A stretch of DNA of 64,000 bases, taken from contig NC_068995.1 of NCBI RefSeq assembly GCF_001194135.2, positions 52,510,166 to 52,574,165 on the forward strand, read 5' to 3'. Positions 37,548 to 51,060 of this stretch are shown here, piece by piece (within the stretch, counting starts at the first letter, position 1; the number at the start of each line of letters is the position of its first letter). The stretch is from Octopus bimaculoides (taxonomy: Eukaryota). A model generated the notes under the pieces. The model had not been told where the DNA came from and searched no databases. It saw only the letters and a program-made list of their open reading frames with translations. The translations under genes and the position numbers were made by a program.

Positions 37548-37725
37548 TAGGGAGTCTTTACATGGTTGGTTGATCAACTGGAAATAGGAGCCAAACCGTA
37601 CCCCCTCTCTTTAAAAATGTAAGGGTACATTGCGTAATGTAGTCTCAGACATACTATAACCTGAAAAAAATTAGGGATGTTCCTGACTGAAATGCCTTTG
37701 ATCACATGTCTAATCAAGGTTTACC
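37548..37725 (+). mobile_element. Dispersed repeat E (old retroelement-like tail ending towards (CAA)n); other copies ~30115-30290+, 39420-39495+, 48721-48825+, 56515-56755-, 60205-60390-, 28700-28930 split
   Basis: Shared blocks gctagaaatagcagc, gataatgtagtcc, ggatggtcatggctggaat, cagggttgacctggggctaaa across copies. Confidence 0.55.
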
Positions 37726-38319
37726 TCTGAAACCTACCTTCAGGAATAAACACCTTTACTATCACCATCATCACCAATGTCATCAAAATCTTTCACCCTA
37801 CCCCTCTCATGATACTTGCTGTCATCAGCATCATACCATCATCCCAACCACAATCACGACTAACATCATTATAATTCCTCCTGCAACTACCTCCACTGCT
37901 ACAACTGTTGCCACTGTCATTATTTTGTCACCATTATTGCCAATGTTGAGGGCCTTAATATCTTTTTGGTCTTTAAGCTATAAACTTTTAGTGAACATTA
38001 ATTTCGATACCAAATTGATGCAAAAGTTTTAAGTATCTTGATCACAACTTCAGCTCGAGTGATTTCTGTATACCTCAGGACAGCAGAGATATTTGAAAAA
38101 TGTTGACACTTAGAAAAACATCTACTACTCACCTGGGAAACACCACCTTCACTTAACACAGAAATACTTGATGTTGCTTAGCTTCGGAATTTCTTTGCTC
38201 TTTCCTCTACCAACTTTCCTCCATCTGTTTTTATATTTGCTTTTCTTTTCTACACCCATCTTCTACTTTCCCACCTATGTTATACCTGTGTGTGTAGATA
38301 TACAGCAGAGTTCCTCATT

Positions 38320-38490
38320 TCCAAACTTTACTGGAAATGTGTCCGGTCATAGAGAAATGTTACATTGCTTGGAAACAGATAAAGATTGGTGACAACAAAC
38401 CCATCGGAGTGGAGAAAAATCTGTCTTAACGAATTCCACATGAGCCATTGCAGACATGGGGAAGTAGACACTAGAACAATGATGATGATG
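38320..38490 (+). mobile_element. G-type SINE tail, diverged
   Basis: ttgcttggaaacag...aaaatctgtcttaacgaattcc...aatgatgatg. Confidence 0.6.
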
Positions 38491-38814
38491 ATAATGGTGT
38501 GTGTATTTGTGTGTGATTTTACGCCAGCAGGATATAGAAACACTGGTGAGAAACTAAAAAAAAATCGTGCTTTAAGAACAACATCTATTAAGATATTGTG
38601 AGTTACACAGACACTTCCTTGTTACTCTGGCTTTTGGGAGTGTAGTGAATATTTGATGGGTCAGCTGGGAACCTCTACCCAATGAAGTTACTGTTCACCA
38701 ATTGTAATATAGAATAATGTAATAGGGCTTAAATTCACCACTCATGATGTGGGTGTAAGTTGAATAGAAATGACTGTAGTACAAGGCAGATTTTATTTCA
38801 AACAGGCACCAAAA

Positions 38815-39030
38815 TATCATCATCATCATCATAACTTAACATCTACTTTTCCATGCTTGCATGTGTCGGATAGAATTTCTTTGAAGGGGATTTTCTAAAG
38901 CCAGATGTCCTTCCTGTTGCCAATCCTTGCCTGTTTCCAAGCAAGGTTCTCACAGACACCTAGAAACAAACAACATTGTTTTATGACAATGATGCTCGTT
39001 TGCAACCATCACATGACGTCAAGAAAAGGT
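38815..39030 (-). mobile_element. G-type SINE tail
   Basis: ctacttttccatgcttgcatg...cctgtttccaagcaagg. Confidence 0.75.
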
Positions 39031-39132
39031 GACATGTCAGAGTTCTGAACCACACTTGTGCTTCTACCTTCCAGTATTTCACGAAATTGTATTTAATATT
39101 ACAGAGGAGGAGGAGGAGGAGGAGGAGGAGAA

Positions 39133-39280
39133 AATAATTCCCTTCTACTATAGGTACAAGGCCTGAAATTTTGGGGGAGGCAGGCTGGTCAATTATATCA
39201 ACCATACTACTTGACAGATACTTATTTTATTGACCCCATAAAGATGAAAGGCAACATGGACCTCAGTGGAATTTGAACAT
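39133..39280 (-). mobile_element. SINE B 3' part
   Basis: ttctactataggtacaaggcctgaaatt...gatgaaaggcaac. Confidence 0.75.
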
Positions 39281-39654
39281 AAAGGACAGGTGACAATACC
39301 TGTTTTCCCATCATTCCCACCCATACCTATCTATCTACTTACCTGCATACCTACTTACCTACCTACCTACCTACCTACCTACCTAACCCCACAGCCATGC
39401 ATGCTTGTGTCTGTGTCTGAATAGGCAAGAAGAGATGGGATGGTCATGGCTGGAATATTGTTTGATCAGTGTTGGCCTGGGGTTAAACGACACCAACACC
39501 AGTGACAACACTAGTATGGCATCTTAGATGGTTCTATCCATACCATTACCACAACCTTTAAATATATTTCTTTTTACTTTTGTACCTAAAACAACATTAA
39601 CAATAAGTGCAACAGTGGCAAAAATAACTACTATTGCAATATCATTTTTTAATC

Positions 39655-39930
39655 TACCACCACCACTACTACTACCATCACCACCACCACCACCGCCGCC
39701 ACTACTATCATCATCACCACTACCACCACCACCACCACCACCAAAACCACCACCACCACCACCACCGCCGCCGTCACTACTATCATCATCACCACTACCA
39801 CCACCACCAAAACCATCACTATCACCACCAGCACCACTACTACTTGTATCTATCTAGAATCACTCCTCCTCCTTCTCCTCCTCCTCCTCCTCCTCCACCT
39901 ACTACTACTATTGCTGCTGCTGCCACCACT
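39655..39930. repeat. Compound (CAC)n/(CTC)n tract
   Basis: Direct inspection. Confidence 0.9.
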
Positions 39931-40080
39931 ATCAGGATCATAATTGTTTTTTTGTTTTTTACATCTGGCTTCTACACTGGTATGGATTGGACCAGCTTGT
40001 CACGGCCGAGTGGCTCAGTGAGTTGTCACGGCTGAGTTGTTGCCATCCTGGACAGTTCGAAGGACCACATCTCGTGTCCA

Positions 40081-41285
40081 GGGTTAGGCTGAAAAGCTCA
40101 TAGGCCGTGAGATCTTGCATGCATTTTAATTTCAACCCATCTCATTAATACACCTGCATTATCTTTTTTTTCCTGTTAAACTGACATCTGACTGTTCAAA
40201 GAAGACTTCAAAACTAACTTTTAGCCGATTCTCTTGAAATTGGACAAAACTTGGCATCGTGATGCCATACAGTACCTGCAGAAAAAGGGTTTAGCCCCAA
40301 CGACATTCATGCTGACATAGTTGCTACATTAGGGGCTGACCACTCCAGCCCTATTAACAATAGGCGCAAGAGTGGTTGTGTGGTAAGTGGTTTGCTTCTC
40401 AACCACATGGTTCCGGGTTCAGTCCCACTGCATGGCACCTTGGGCAAGTGTCTTCTACTATAGCCACAGGCTGACCAAAGCCTTGTGAGTGGATTTGGTA
40501 GATGAAAACTGAAAGAAGCCCGTTGTATATATGTATATATATATATGTATATATANNNNNNNNNNNNNNNNNNNNNNNNNNNNNNNNNNNNNNNNNNNNN
40601 NNNNNNNNNNNNNNNNNNNNNNNNNNNNNNNNNNNNNNNNNNNNNNNNNNNNNNNNNNNNNNNNNNNNNNNNNNNNNNNNNNNNNNNNNNNNNNNNNNNN
40701 NNNNNNNNNNNNNNNNNNNNNNNNNNNNNNNNNNNNNNNNNNNNNNNNNNNNNNNNNNNNNNNNNNNNNNNNNNNNNNNNNNNNNNNNNNNNNNNNNNNN
40801 NNNNNNNNNNNNNNNNNNNNNNNNACAACCGATGCTGGTGTGTTTACATCCCCTTAACATAGTAGTTCGGCATAAGAGAGCAAGTGCTAGGCTTTCAAAG
40901 AATAAGTCCTGGGGTCGATTTGCTTGACTAAAGGCGGTGCTCCAGCATGGCCACAGTCAAATGACTGAAACAAATAAAAGAATAAATAACAAAATGGACA
41001 GCTGAGTTTAGGGTGGTGAGGGAGGTTTTTGCTTGGTGAGTGCCACGTCTTCTGACACCTGATCACATTACGAGGAAAATCTGACATTGTTTGAAGTAGC
41101 TCCAGCTGGCTTCCTTGAACGGTTCCTAACCCTGGTTGAGTGTTGGGTTCATCACTTTTGAGCCAGAGACAAAGAGACAATCCAGCCAGTGGAAACACTC
41201 CTCATCACTTGCTCCAAAAAAGACCAAGGTTGTTTTATCAGTAGGGAAGAGGATGGCCTCAGTTATTTGGCGGGTATACAAGGGG
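40081..41285 (+). pseudogene. Decayed mariner (irritans/Himar-like) element: left TIR and transposase relic, interrupted by SINE A and internally deleted
   Basis: TIR-like gggttaggctgaaaagctcataggc; (L)DKTWHRDAIQYLQKKGLAP/DIHADIVATLG at 40240-40360; after SINE KWTAEFR, W*VPRLLTPD, FLTLVECWVHHF/EPETKRQSSQWKH, SVGKRMASVIW. Confidence 0.85.
40361..40985 (+). mobile_element. SINE A, full length (tRNA-like head, central domain, microsatellite/gap, A1 tail)
   Basis: A/B-box-like tggttgtgtggtaag...ggttcagtccc; tail ...cagtcaaatgactgaaacaaataaaag; short TSD taacaa. Confidence 0.85.
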
Positions 41286-41334
41286 TCTTCTTTCACCAGC
41301 ACACAACTCCTTGGTTCCAATAGCTGTTGTGCTT

Positions 41335-41690
41335 GAGTCTAGCTTTTGAGTGTAGACCTTGAGCGTAGCTTTGAGTGCAGCTTTAAGTGTAGTTTTTGAG
41401 CGTAGCTTTGAATACAGATTTGAGTGTACTTTTGTGTGCAGCTATTAAGTGTAGCAATTGAGGATAGCTTTGAGTGTAGCTATGAGTGTAGCCCTTGGAC
41501 ATAGCTTTGAATGTAGATTTGAGTGTAGCTTTTGAGTGTAGCTTTTGCTGACGACTTTTCCTATTCTGATTTAGCCCTATCTGACTTATTTCTTCTCCAA
41601 CATTTAAGTGTAGCCATTGAGGGTAGCTTTGAGTGTAGCCCTTGAACGTAGCTTTGAATGCAGATATGAGTGTGGCTTTTGAGTGTTAGG
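41335..41690. repeat. Degenerate 12-13-bp minisatellite (GAGTGTAGCTTT) in two blocks
   Basis: Units at ~41335-41547 and ~41605-41690. Confidence 0.85.
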
Positions 41691-41904
41691 GAGATGAGAG
41701 TGAACAAAGAGGAATGCATATATATAAGTGCGTGCACACACACACACACACACACAGTATGTATATGAGATCTTTATGAAAAATATCTGTTTTTGTACTT
41801 CAAATAGAAAAACAAAACAAAAAATGAAACAAAAAGTGAAGCATGAAAGAATGCAAGAGATTTAGTTGAGTTAATTTTTCGCAGGTCATTGAACGGAGTG
41901 GATG

Positions 41905-42122
41905 GGTAGGTTCTGGCAGAATCGTTAGCACGGCGGGCGAAACGCTTAGCGGTATTTCGTCTGCCGTTACGTTCTGAGTTCAAATTCCGCCGAGGTCGAC
42001 TTTGCCTTTCATCCTTTCGGGGTCGATAAATTAAGTACCAGTTACGCACTGGGGTCGATGTAATCGACTTAATCCGTTCGTCTGTTCTTGTTTGTTCCCT
42101 CTATGTTTAGCCCCTTGTGGGC
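41905..42122 (+). mobile_element. SINE B, young CpG-rich copy, cut by gap
   Basis: ctggcagaatcgttagc...gttctgagttcaaattccgccgaggtcgactttgcctttcatcc. Confidence 0.9.
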
Positions 42123-42798
42123 NNNNNNNNNNNNNNNNNNNNNNNNNNNNNNNNNNNNNNNNNNNNNNNNNNNNNNNNNNNNNNNNNNNNNNNNNNNNNN
42201 NNNNNNNNNNNNNNNNNNNNNNNNNNNNNNNNNNNNNNNNNNNNNNNNNNNNNNNNNNNNNNNNNNNNNNNNNNNNNNNNNNNNNNNNNNNNNNNNNNNN
42301 NNNNNNNNNNNNNNNNNNNNNNNNNNNNNNNNNNNNNNNNNNNNNNNNNNNNNNNNNNNNNNNNNNNNNNNNNNNNNNNNNNNNNNNNNNNNNNNNNNNN
42401 NNNNNNNNNNNNNNNNNNNNNNNNNNNNNNNNNNNNNNNNNNNNNNNNNNNNNNNNNNNNNNNNNNNNNNNNNNNNNNNNNNNNNNNNNNNNNNNNNNNN
42501 NNNNNNNNNNNNNNNNNNNNNNNNNNNNNNNNNNNNNNNNNNNNNNNNNNNNNNNNNNNNNNNNNNNNNNNNNNNNNNNNNNNNNNNNNNNNNNNNNNNN
42601 NNNNNNNNNNNNNNNNNNNNNNNNNNNNNNNNNNNNNNNNNNNNNNNNNNNNNNNNNNNNNNNNNNNNNNNNNTATATATATATACACACACACACACAC
42701 ATATATATACACATATATGTATATATCTTTTAAATGATATATATATATGTATGCTTACATTATGTAATTAGGTGTGTGTGTATATATATATACAAAAT

Positions 42799-42844
<46 letters not shown>

Positions 42845-42920
42845 CTTGCACATGCACACTCACAAAATAAGCTTTCCTTAATATATATTTTTACTGCTCT
42901 CGGATCGTTTTTGTGTGTTG

Positions 42921-42954
<34 letters not shown>

Positions 42955-44534
42955 TATTAGATGATAGCTACATAGAAAGGTGGGCAGGTATGTCAATAGG
43001 TGTATAGGTTGGTAGGTAATTAAATAGATTGGTAGATAAAAAAAGATAAGGTGATCAAAGAGTGCCCCCCCCTCCTCCGTCCACTGAATGTTCGTTGGTG
43101 GTGTTTGTTTGGTTTCTTGGTATTTTTTATTTTGAAATTCTTTTATAATATTTCAATTCTTGTGCCTCACCTGTTTCTGTTACTGATCACAGGAATAAAA
43201 AAAAAACAGACACAGGTAGATATATATGAACACACATGCACACACCTACATGGAGACAGACATACAGGCACACAAGTACACACACACGCGCGCGCATGTA
43301 TATGGATACATATACATGTAAAACAAAAATAGGTATGCATCGATTATAATCCTCTTTCTCCTCTTCACCTTCTCACCACCACCACCACCACCATATCGCA
43401 CACGCACACACACACACACACACACTCATTGTGTCTCTTTCTCTCTCTGTCTCTCTTTTTCTGTCATTCACGTTGCCTGCCGCTTCTCTTTTCTCTACCT
43501 CCCACCACCACTATTACTGCCACTACCATCACCCTCACCACGTCCTCTTACATCATGCACTGCCTGTTTTTACCGGTCTGGTCTGTCTTGCCCCCCCCCG
43601 CCGTAAGCATGATCTGATGGTGACGCAACGGGGCACGCTGTTTTGTTGACGACAACATAAATGAAAACATTGGTGTCACATTTCAGAATATTAATCTAAT
43701 TCTGCTCCTGTATCTCATCTTTAACAGCCTCCCCTACAGCACCACAATAACCTCTCTTCTTCTTTCTTTCCCCACCGCCACTCTCTCTCTCTCTCTCTCT
43801 CTCTCCATCTCAATAGAAAGAGAACGAAGGATTTAGAAAAAAAAAATATTGGCCACAACAACGTCTGAAAAACAAACAAGTTTTCTATTTAAACATCATT
43901 TAACACAAATACACGAGAACAAACTATATCTTTGAATACAACATTGTTTTGTTTTTATATTAACACACTTTGGAACTTTGGATTTATTTTACAACTGTCT
44001 GATTGTCTATATATTTATTCATACAACTTTTAACTAATATTCCACATAATATATATATATACATACATCAATATCTGCTCATCAACATACATTCATACAC
44101 ACAGATTCATACACATATACATATATAAAAAAAATACCAATATATTTAATGAGTGTAAAATACACATTGAAGAAAATACACACAATATATATATACACTC
44201 TCTACGAAGATAAATTTGGATCTCGGATTTAATTGACAAAAATCAACTTTATCATAAATATTCTATCCGTCTTAGTAACTATATTTATCCATAACTACAT
44301 ATATATTTATATACATATAGATATATACATATATATATATATATATACATATAGATATATACACATATATATATATATATACATATAGATATACATATAG
44401 ATATATATATATAGATATATATACATATAGATATATTTATATACATATAGATATATTTACCAGTACATGTATATTACATAACTGGAAAGCACTAAGTTAA
44501 TACCAATCCAGTTCTGCAAATTATACAGGAACCA

Positions 44535-44568
<34 letters not shown>

Positions 44569-44713
44569 ATGTATCATGTATATTTATGTATAGATGTGTG
44601 CTCCAATTTATCAGGATTTACAGTAAAACATAGTAAGTATTGACTCTAAACTTCTAATATTTTCTATTGTTCTCATATTAATCAATATTTGTTCACTTAC
44701 TCTATGTGTTGTG

Positions 44714-44747
<34 letters not shown>

Positions 44748-46514
44748 ATGCTGGCACAAGTGTATGTATAAAATATATATAGACAATTATTATATATATA
44801 TAATATGTAATATGATGGTCTATATATTTAATACGCATTATATACATTCTCTCTCTATATATATATCTAGATATAGATAAAGATGTATATATGTGTGTGT
44901 TATATCTATATATATATGCATATATATATGTAGATAAATTTAAAGTGTATTCCGTTAGGAATATATTAGAGTATAAAATATGGGGACAGTGATTATCTAT
45001 CACATAAGGAGATACAATTGAATCCCATTGTACAGGTAAACCGTTGCTTAATTTAAATCCTGTGTCTATGTAGATCTATGTTGTATAGAAACATGTGTAG
45101 TGTTTATTAAATAGCTGTCTAAATGTACTCCTTCCCGTTGACTGCATTTATTCAATCTATACATACATGCATACATACATACATACATATATACATACAT
45201 ACATACATACATACATATATGCACACACACACACAAGTTAGCACATAACAAAATAAGGTGGGAAAAATTGTACTTGACTACCAAAGGTAGAGTAAAGTAC
45301 TATTTTATTGACTGGTCTGTTTACTTGTCTATGCTATCACAACAGACAGTTCATAACTGATAAACGGTTATGTGAAAATCTGAGTAGTAGCTTAAGCTTT
45401 TTCCAGCTTCAGCAAAATAACATATATGTGAACGTCTATATATATTAACATGTAAAATGCACTTGATTCATAATGTGTGTGTGTGTTGTTTGGAAACAGA
45501 TCATTACAAATTTTTAATTATGCAATCACTCACACACACGGGTGTGTATAAGTGTATATGTACACCAAAAGGGTTTGGGATCTAATGATACACCATAAAG
45601 CCAAGCCCTTTATCCTGAACATGAAATCCCATAAACCAGCCTTATCTAACTTTAATATATATGTATATAATGCAAGAGAGTTAGGGGCTGAGGATCCAAC
45701 CCACTAAGGGACAGTATCTATCCAATATACTGCTGGGAGGGTACCCAATTATTGTTACACTAGTGTTATACTAAGTGCAATAAGTGGGTGCGGGTAAAAG
45801 GGGGTCTATATATATATATATATATATNNNNNNNNNNNNNNNNNNNNNNNNNNNNNNNNNNNNNNNNNNNNNNNNNNNNNNNNNNNNNNNNNNNNNNNNN
45901 NNNNNNNNNNNNNNNNNNNNNNNNNNNNNNNNNNNNNNNNNNNNNNNNNNNNNNNNNNNNNNNNNNNNNNNNNNNNNNNNNNNNNNNNNNNNNNNNNNNN
46001 NNNNNNNNNNNNNNNNNNNNNNNNNNNNNNNNNNNNNNNNNNNNNNNNNNNNNNNNNNNNNNNNNNNNNNNNNNNNNNNNNNNNNNNNNNNNNNNNNNNN
46101 NNNNNNNNNNNNNNNNNNNNNNNNNNNNNNNNNNNNNNNNNNNNNNNNNNNNNNNNNNNNNNNNNNNNNNNNNNNNNNNNNNNNNNNNNNNNNNNNNNNN
46201 NNNNNNNNNNNNNNNNNNNNNNNNNNNNNNNNNNNNNNNNNNNNNNNNNNNNNNNNNNNNNNNNNNNNNNNNNNNNNNNNNNNNNNNNNNNNNNNNNNNN
46301 NNNNNNNNNNNNNNNNNNNNNNNNNNNNNNNNNNNNNNNNNNNNNNNNNNNNNNNNNNNNNNNNNNNNNNNNNNNNNNNNNNNNNNNNNNNNNNNNNNNN
46401 NNNNNNNNNNNNNNNNNNNNNNNNNNNNNNNNNNNNNNNNNNNNNNNNNNNNNNNNNNNNNNNNNNNNNNNNNNNNNNNNNNNNNNNNNNNNNNNNNNNN
46501 NNNNNNNNNNNNNN

Positions 46515-46546
<32 letters not shown>

Positions 46547-48052
46547 TAAGGTGTGCTTGTATTTATTTTTATGCATTTATTCATTTTTTTCCTTTTATTC
46601 TACTTATATTCACCCTCCAATGGCGGGAAGGATTGCTCGAATGTGTGTGCCAAACGAGCAATTAACACAAAATATCTCTTTCTTCTTTTTAGGGTAATTT
46701 TTATACTCATTTTTACTTTAAATAATTTCAAAAATGATAATTATTGTCATAATAATTGTTAGTGTCTCGCATAATAAGATTTACAATTTCATTATCGAAA
46801 AATTCTGTAAAATATTCACTTTCCTCTGGTGATGGCTGTAGCTATGTAAAATTTTGAAATCTTAGATGATGATGTCTTCTGTCCTCTAATAAGGCATTAA
46901 TTGATGATATCTGCCATCGAAGGGTTAAAATGATGATTTTGCCAGAGTTGTTAGTCTGTTGGATAGAATACAGTACAATATTCATTCCAATTCTTTGTTT
47001 TCTGTGATCAAATGCCACCTGGGTCAACTTGGCCTTTCATTTTTCTTTTTGTTTGGTTGGAGATAGGGGGTGGGATGGTAAAGAGTAGACCCATTCCATG
47101 GCGGTGGATCGATAGGATTGTCTGAGTATCAGGTGGGGTACCTAAGCTTTGTGCTATCCGTTTTGGGTCTGTGAGTCTGCTGTGCATTCTGAGTTCAAAT
47201 TGTACCGTGTCACTGGCAAAAAAAAAAAGAAAAAAAAGATGACAATACCTCTGTCAGGTCTTGTGACCAAGAAATAGTATCAGCAATTTGAGAAAATTAC
47301 CAATGGAAACATTTCCACTTATTTCTGTTACTACCAGCACCACCACCATCACCACAATCATCATAAGATGAGAAATTAGCAATTGAATGAGATATGTCCA
47401 AGCAAACTCAACCAGATGCTAATTATGATGTGTATTTTAATATGTTTAAACTAAGTTCCTATTTTAGTGTGCTAATTAAATTTAATATAGGAATGCACTC
47501 GACCCGATCTATTTTAACATGTATAAATCTACCTTACTATTCTAGAGTGCTAATTTGATTTAACGAGTCANNNNNNNNNNNNNNNNNNNNNNNNNNNNNN
47601 NNNNNNNNNNNNNNNNNNNNNNNNNNNNNNNNNNNNNNNNNNNNNNNNNNNNNNNNNNNNNNNNNNNNNNNNNNNNNNNNNNNNNNNNNNNNNNNNNNNN
47701 NNNNNNNNNNNNNNNNNNNNNNNNNNNNNNNNNNNNNNNNNNNNNNNNNNNNNNNNNNNNNNNNNNNNNNNNNNNNNNNNNNNNNNNNNNNNNNNNNNNN
47801 NNNNNNNNNNNNNNNNNNNNNNNNNNNNNNNNNNNNNNNNNNNNNNNNNNNNNNNNNNNNNNNNNNNNNNNNNNNNNNNNNNNNNNNNNNNNNNNNNNNN
47901 NNNNNNNNNNNNNNNNNNNNNNNNNNNNNNNNNNNNNNNNNNNNNNNNNNNNNNNNNNNNNNNNNNNNNNNNNNNNNNNNNNNNNNNNNNNNNNNNNNNN
48001 NNNNNNNNNNNNNNNNNNNNNNNNNNNNNNNNNNNNNNNNNNNNNNNNNNNN

Positions 48053-48104
<52 letters not shown>

Positions 48105-48254
48105 CACATATATACATACAAATATTATGTATGTGTATATATGTATATGTGTATATATATATGTCTGCATGTGTGTGTGTGTGTTAGGGTCTCCTTGCCT
48201 TGGCTTCATGCAATAGTTGGGAACGAATTCCACTGTCATACGAATAGTGTCCTT

Positions 48255-48460
48255 TGTTTCTAATCATCTTCTGCAAGAGTATGTCTCATCATGGAGGTGG
48301 TGGTGGTGGGGGTGGATTATTACCTTAATTGGAAACAGGTGACGCTTTGGCAACAGGAAGGGCATCCGATCATAGAAAAATCTGCCCCGACAAATTCTGC
48401 CCAACCCATGCAAGTATAAAAAAAGAAAAACATTAAAATGCTGATGATGATGATGTTGAT
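48255..48460 (+). mobile_element. G-type SINE tail
   Basis: ggaaacaggtg...aggaagggcatccg...aacccatgcaag. Confidence 0.7.
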
Positions 48461-48496
48461 GATGACAGTGATGCTGATGACAATGTTGATGATGAT

Positions 48497-48537
<41 letters not shown>

Positions 48538-48982
48538 ACGTAACCATACACTAAAACTGTATTCAATGAACCTGCCCAGAATTCCAGGAATTTCAAGCTT
48601 ATTTCTCTTTATGCAAGATTAGGTTTCAAATGTCTGTGATTGTTTTGACTGAATAGTTTAAAGGCAAACCCACAATCAATTGGATCTTCCATATCAAACT
48701 TCATACAGAAACCAGATACATGTGAGGGCGGCCACTACGTAGTCACTTGACCTGCTAAAAATAGCAACCTGATATTAGTTTCAATTCACACCCTATTGTC
48801 TTCAGTATAATAGACACCTTGGATAAACTTCTTTTACTTTCTATAATTTCTTGTCTTTGTGACTCAGCCAGTAGATTGTGGCCATGCTGGAGTGAAATAA
48901 ATTGACCCTCAGTTTCTATGTGTTTTTTTTTTAAGCCTGTTGGTTATTCTATCAATATCTTTTGCCAAACTGTTAATTTATG

Positions 48983-49270
48983 TCATCATCATCATCATCA
49001 TCATCAGTGTTTAACGTCCATTGTCCATGTTGACATGGGTTGGATGGTTTGACCAGAGCTGCTAAGCTGGAAGGCTGCACTAGACTCCAGTCTGATTTGG
49101 CATTGTTTTCTAGGGCTGGGTGCCCTTCCCAATGCCGACCACTCCAAGAGTGTAATGGGTGATTTTAGGTGCCACTGGCACGGATGCCATTTGTGTGACA
49201 CCAGTATCTGCCATGAATGCTATTTTGATCAGCTTGATGGGTCTTCTTCTCAAGCACGACATAATGCCAT
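48983..49270 (-). mobile_element. RTE-like 3' tail (type C)
   Basis: Similar to 13150-13340 and 32830-33000. Confidence 0.8.
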
Positions 49271-49273
49271 GCA

Positions 49274-49395
49274 CAAGGCTTTCGTTGGCCTGAGGCTATA
49301 GTAAAAGACACTTGCCCAAGTTGTCACGTAGTGGGACTGAACCTAGAACCATGTGGTTGGTAAGCAAGCTACTTACCACACAGCCATTCCTGCAC
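49274..49395 (-). mobile_element. SINE A head
   Basis: Reverse match to 40361-40480. Confidence 0.8.
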
Positions 49396-49608
49396 ACACA
49401 CATATATATCAGAAAAGCTATAAATAATGGTATTTATTGTCGTAAATTTGACTTACAGCTGTTTCCAATAGCCATGATAGATCCATTCATTGATTGGTTT
49501 GCTCAATCAGTCTATTGATCAGTTGAGAAAAATTGAACATATGCATCAATGCACACATGTGTATATATGTATGTATGTGCATGTATGTATGCATATGCAT
49601 GTTTGTGC

Positions 49609-49689
<81 letters not shown>

Positions 49690-50479
49690 TATATATGTAT
49701 GTTTTTATATATATATATTTATATATATGTGTGTGTTTATGCATGTGTGTGTACACACATACACACACACTTATGAAAACAGAGTTTGCTGATTTGACAA
49801 GCTTATGTACAGCTAGTAAAAACAGAAATGGTTCATCATATCTTGTCATCATGTCATCCTGTCACCATGTCATTTTGTCATATTGTTACCTCCACCCTGT
49901 GTTATGTAACACTTTTTTTAAAAATGAAAACTGGATCTCGCTTAAGCTACATATAACCTGTATCAGTACAAAACTTATATTAACCTACATACACACTGTT
50001 GTTATCCTGCATTCATAGCCAATCTATATATCTATCTATCTATCTATATATATATTATATATATAGCTGATTAAAGCTATTTAATGCTTTTTGGAGCCTG
50101 CAATCACCTATATTATTGATTCTGTTATTATAATTTTTAATTGTTACACTAGATAACTAGATAATAATGGAGTCAATAATATCTTCACAAATATTTTCTC
50201 CTGAATTATTTGCTCCATATTGAAAATATACATACATATATATATACATACGTACATACATGTATGTGAGTGTGTGTGTGCATACACATATGTATACACA
50301 GAAACACACAAACAGATGTATGTATACCAGTGACCCAGTTCACTGATCAACAGGTGGTTCACGCCATATGCTCCTCACAGAGCAACTCAATAAACACACA
50401 AAAACACACCCTCAAGGTACCACTTTTGGCCGACAAAACGAAGCAGTAACTACAGTACACATATGATGCGTTCGTGAAG

Positions 50480-50610
50480 GCCCTTAGAAACACTGACAGA
50501 TCAGATTGGGGCCTGGTGCAGCCTCCTGGCTTCCCAGACCCCAGTCGAACCGTCCAACCCATGCCAGCACGGAAAACGGACGTTAAACGGTGATGATGAT
50601 GATGATGATG
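50480..50610 (+). mobile_element. RTE-like 3' tail (type C)
   Basis: ccaacccatgccagcacggaaaacggacgttaaacggtgatga. Confidence 0.8.
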
Positions 50611-50614
50611 TATC

Positions 50615-50860
50615 CTATTGGTTAGAGTGTTGCATCCACAATTGTTAGATTGTGATTTCAATTCCTTGACAGAGAAGGGAATTGTGTTCTTGAGCAAAAC
50701 ACTTCATTTCATGTTACTCCAGTCCACTTAGCTCAGGTATAAAAGTGAGTTGCAGCAATAGCAGGGAAGTTAACTCTGCAAGAGACTGGCATCCTGTTCA
50801 GGAGGAATGTTGTCATCTCAATCTCTTATATACTCTGAAAATCAGGTCGAGCTGTGGCTT
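50615..50860 (+). mobile_element. SINE F with possible V-domain-like block
   Basis: ggttagagtgtt...gttcttgagcaaaacacttcatttc...gactggcatcctgttcagg. Confidence 0.65.
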
Positions 50861-50919
50861 TTTGAGTCCTAGAGCACACGCCAAATCAAAGACCTGCCTA
50901 TGATATATTAGATCTGTCC

Positions 50920-51060
50920 TGGAGGTGAAGGCATATGGCTCAGTCATTAAGGTATTTGGCTAACAACTGTTAGGTCATGAGTTCGATTCCTGGCAGCACA
51001 TTGTGTCCTTGAGCAAGACACATCATTTTACGTTACTCCAGTCCAATCAGCTGGCAAAAA
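50920..51060 (+). mobile_element. SINE F head
   Basis: tggctcagtcattaagg...gagttcgattcctgg...cttgagcaagacac. Confidence 0.75.

Noticed and set aside
41335-41690. Regularly spaced repeats considered as CRISPR-like (also 17696-17790, 30051-30101)
   Set aside because: Contiguous tandem units without unique spacers; eukaryotic context; no cas genes.
46621-46660. E2F-like motif and 7-bp hairpin
   Set aside because: Short motifs expected by chance; no supporting context.
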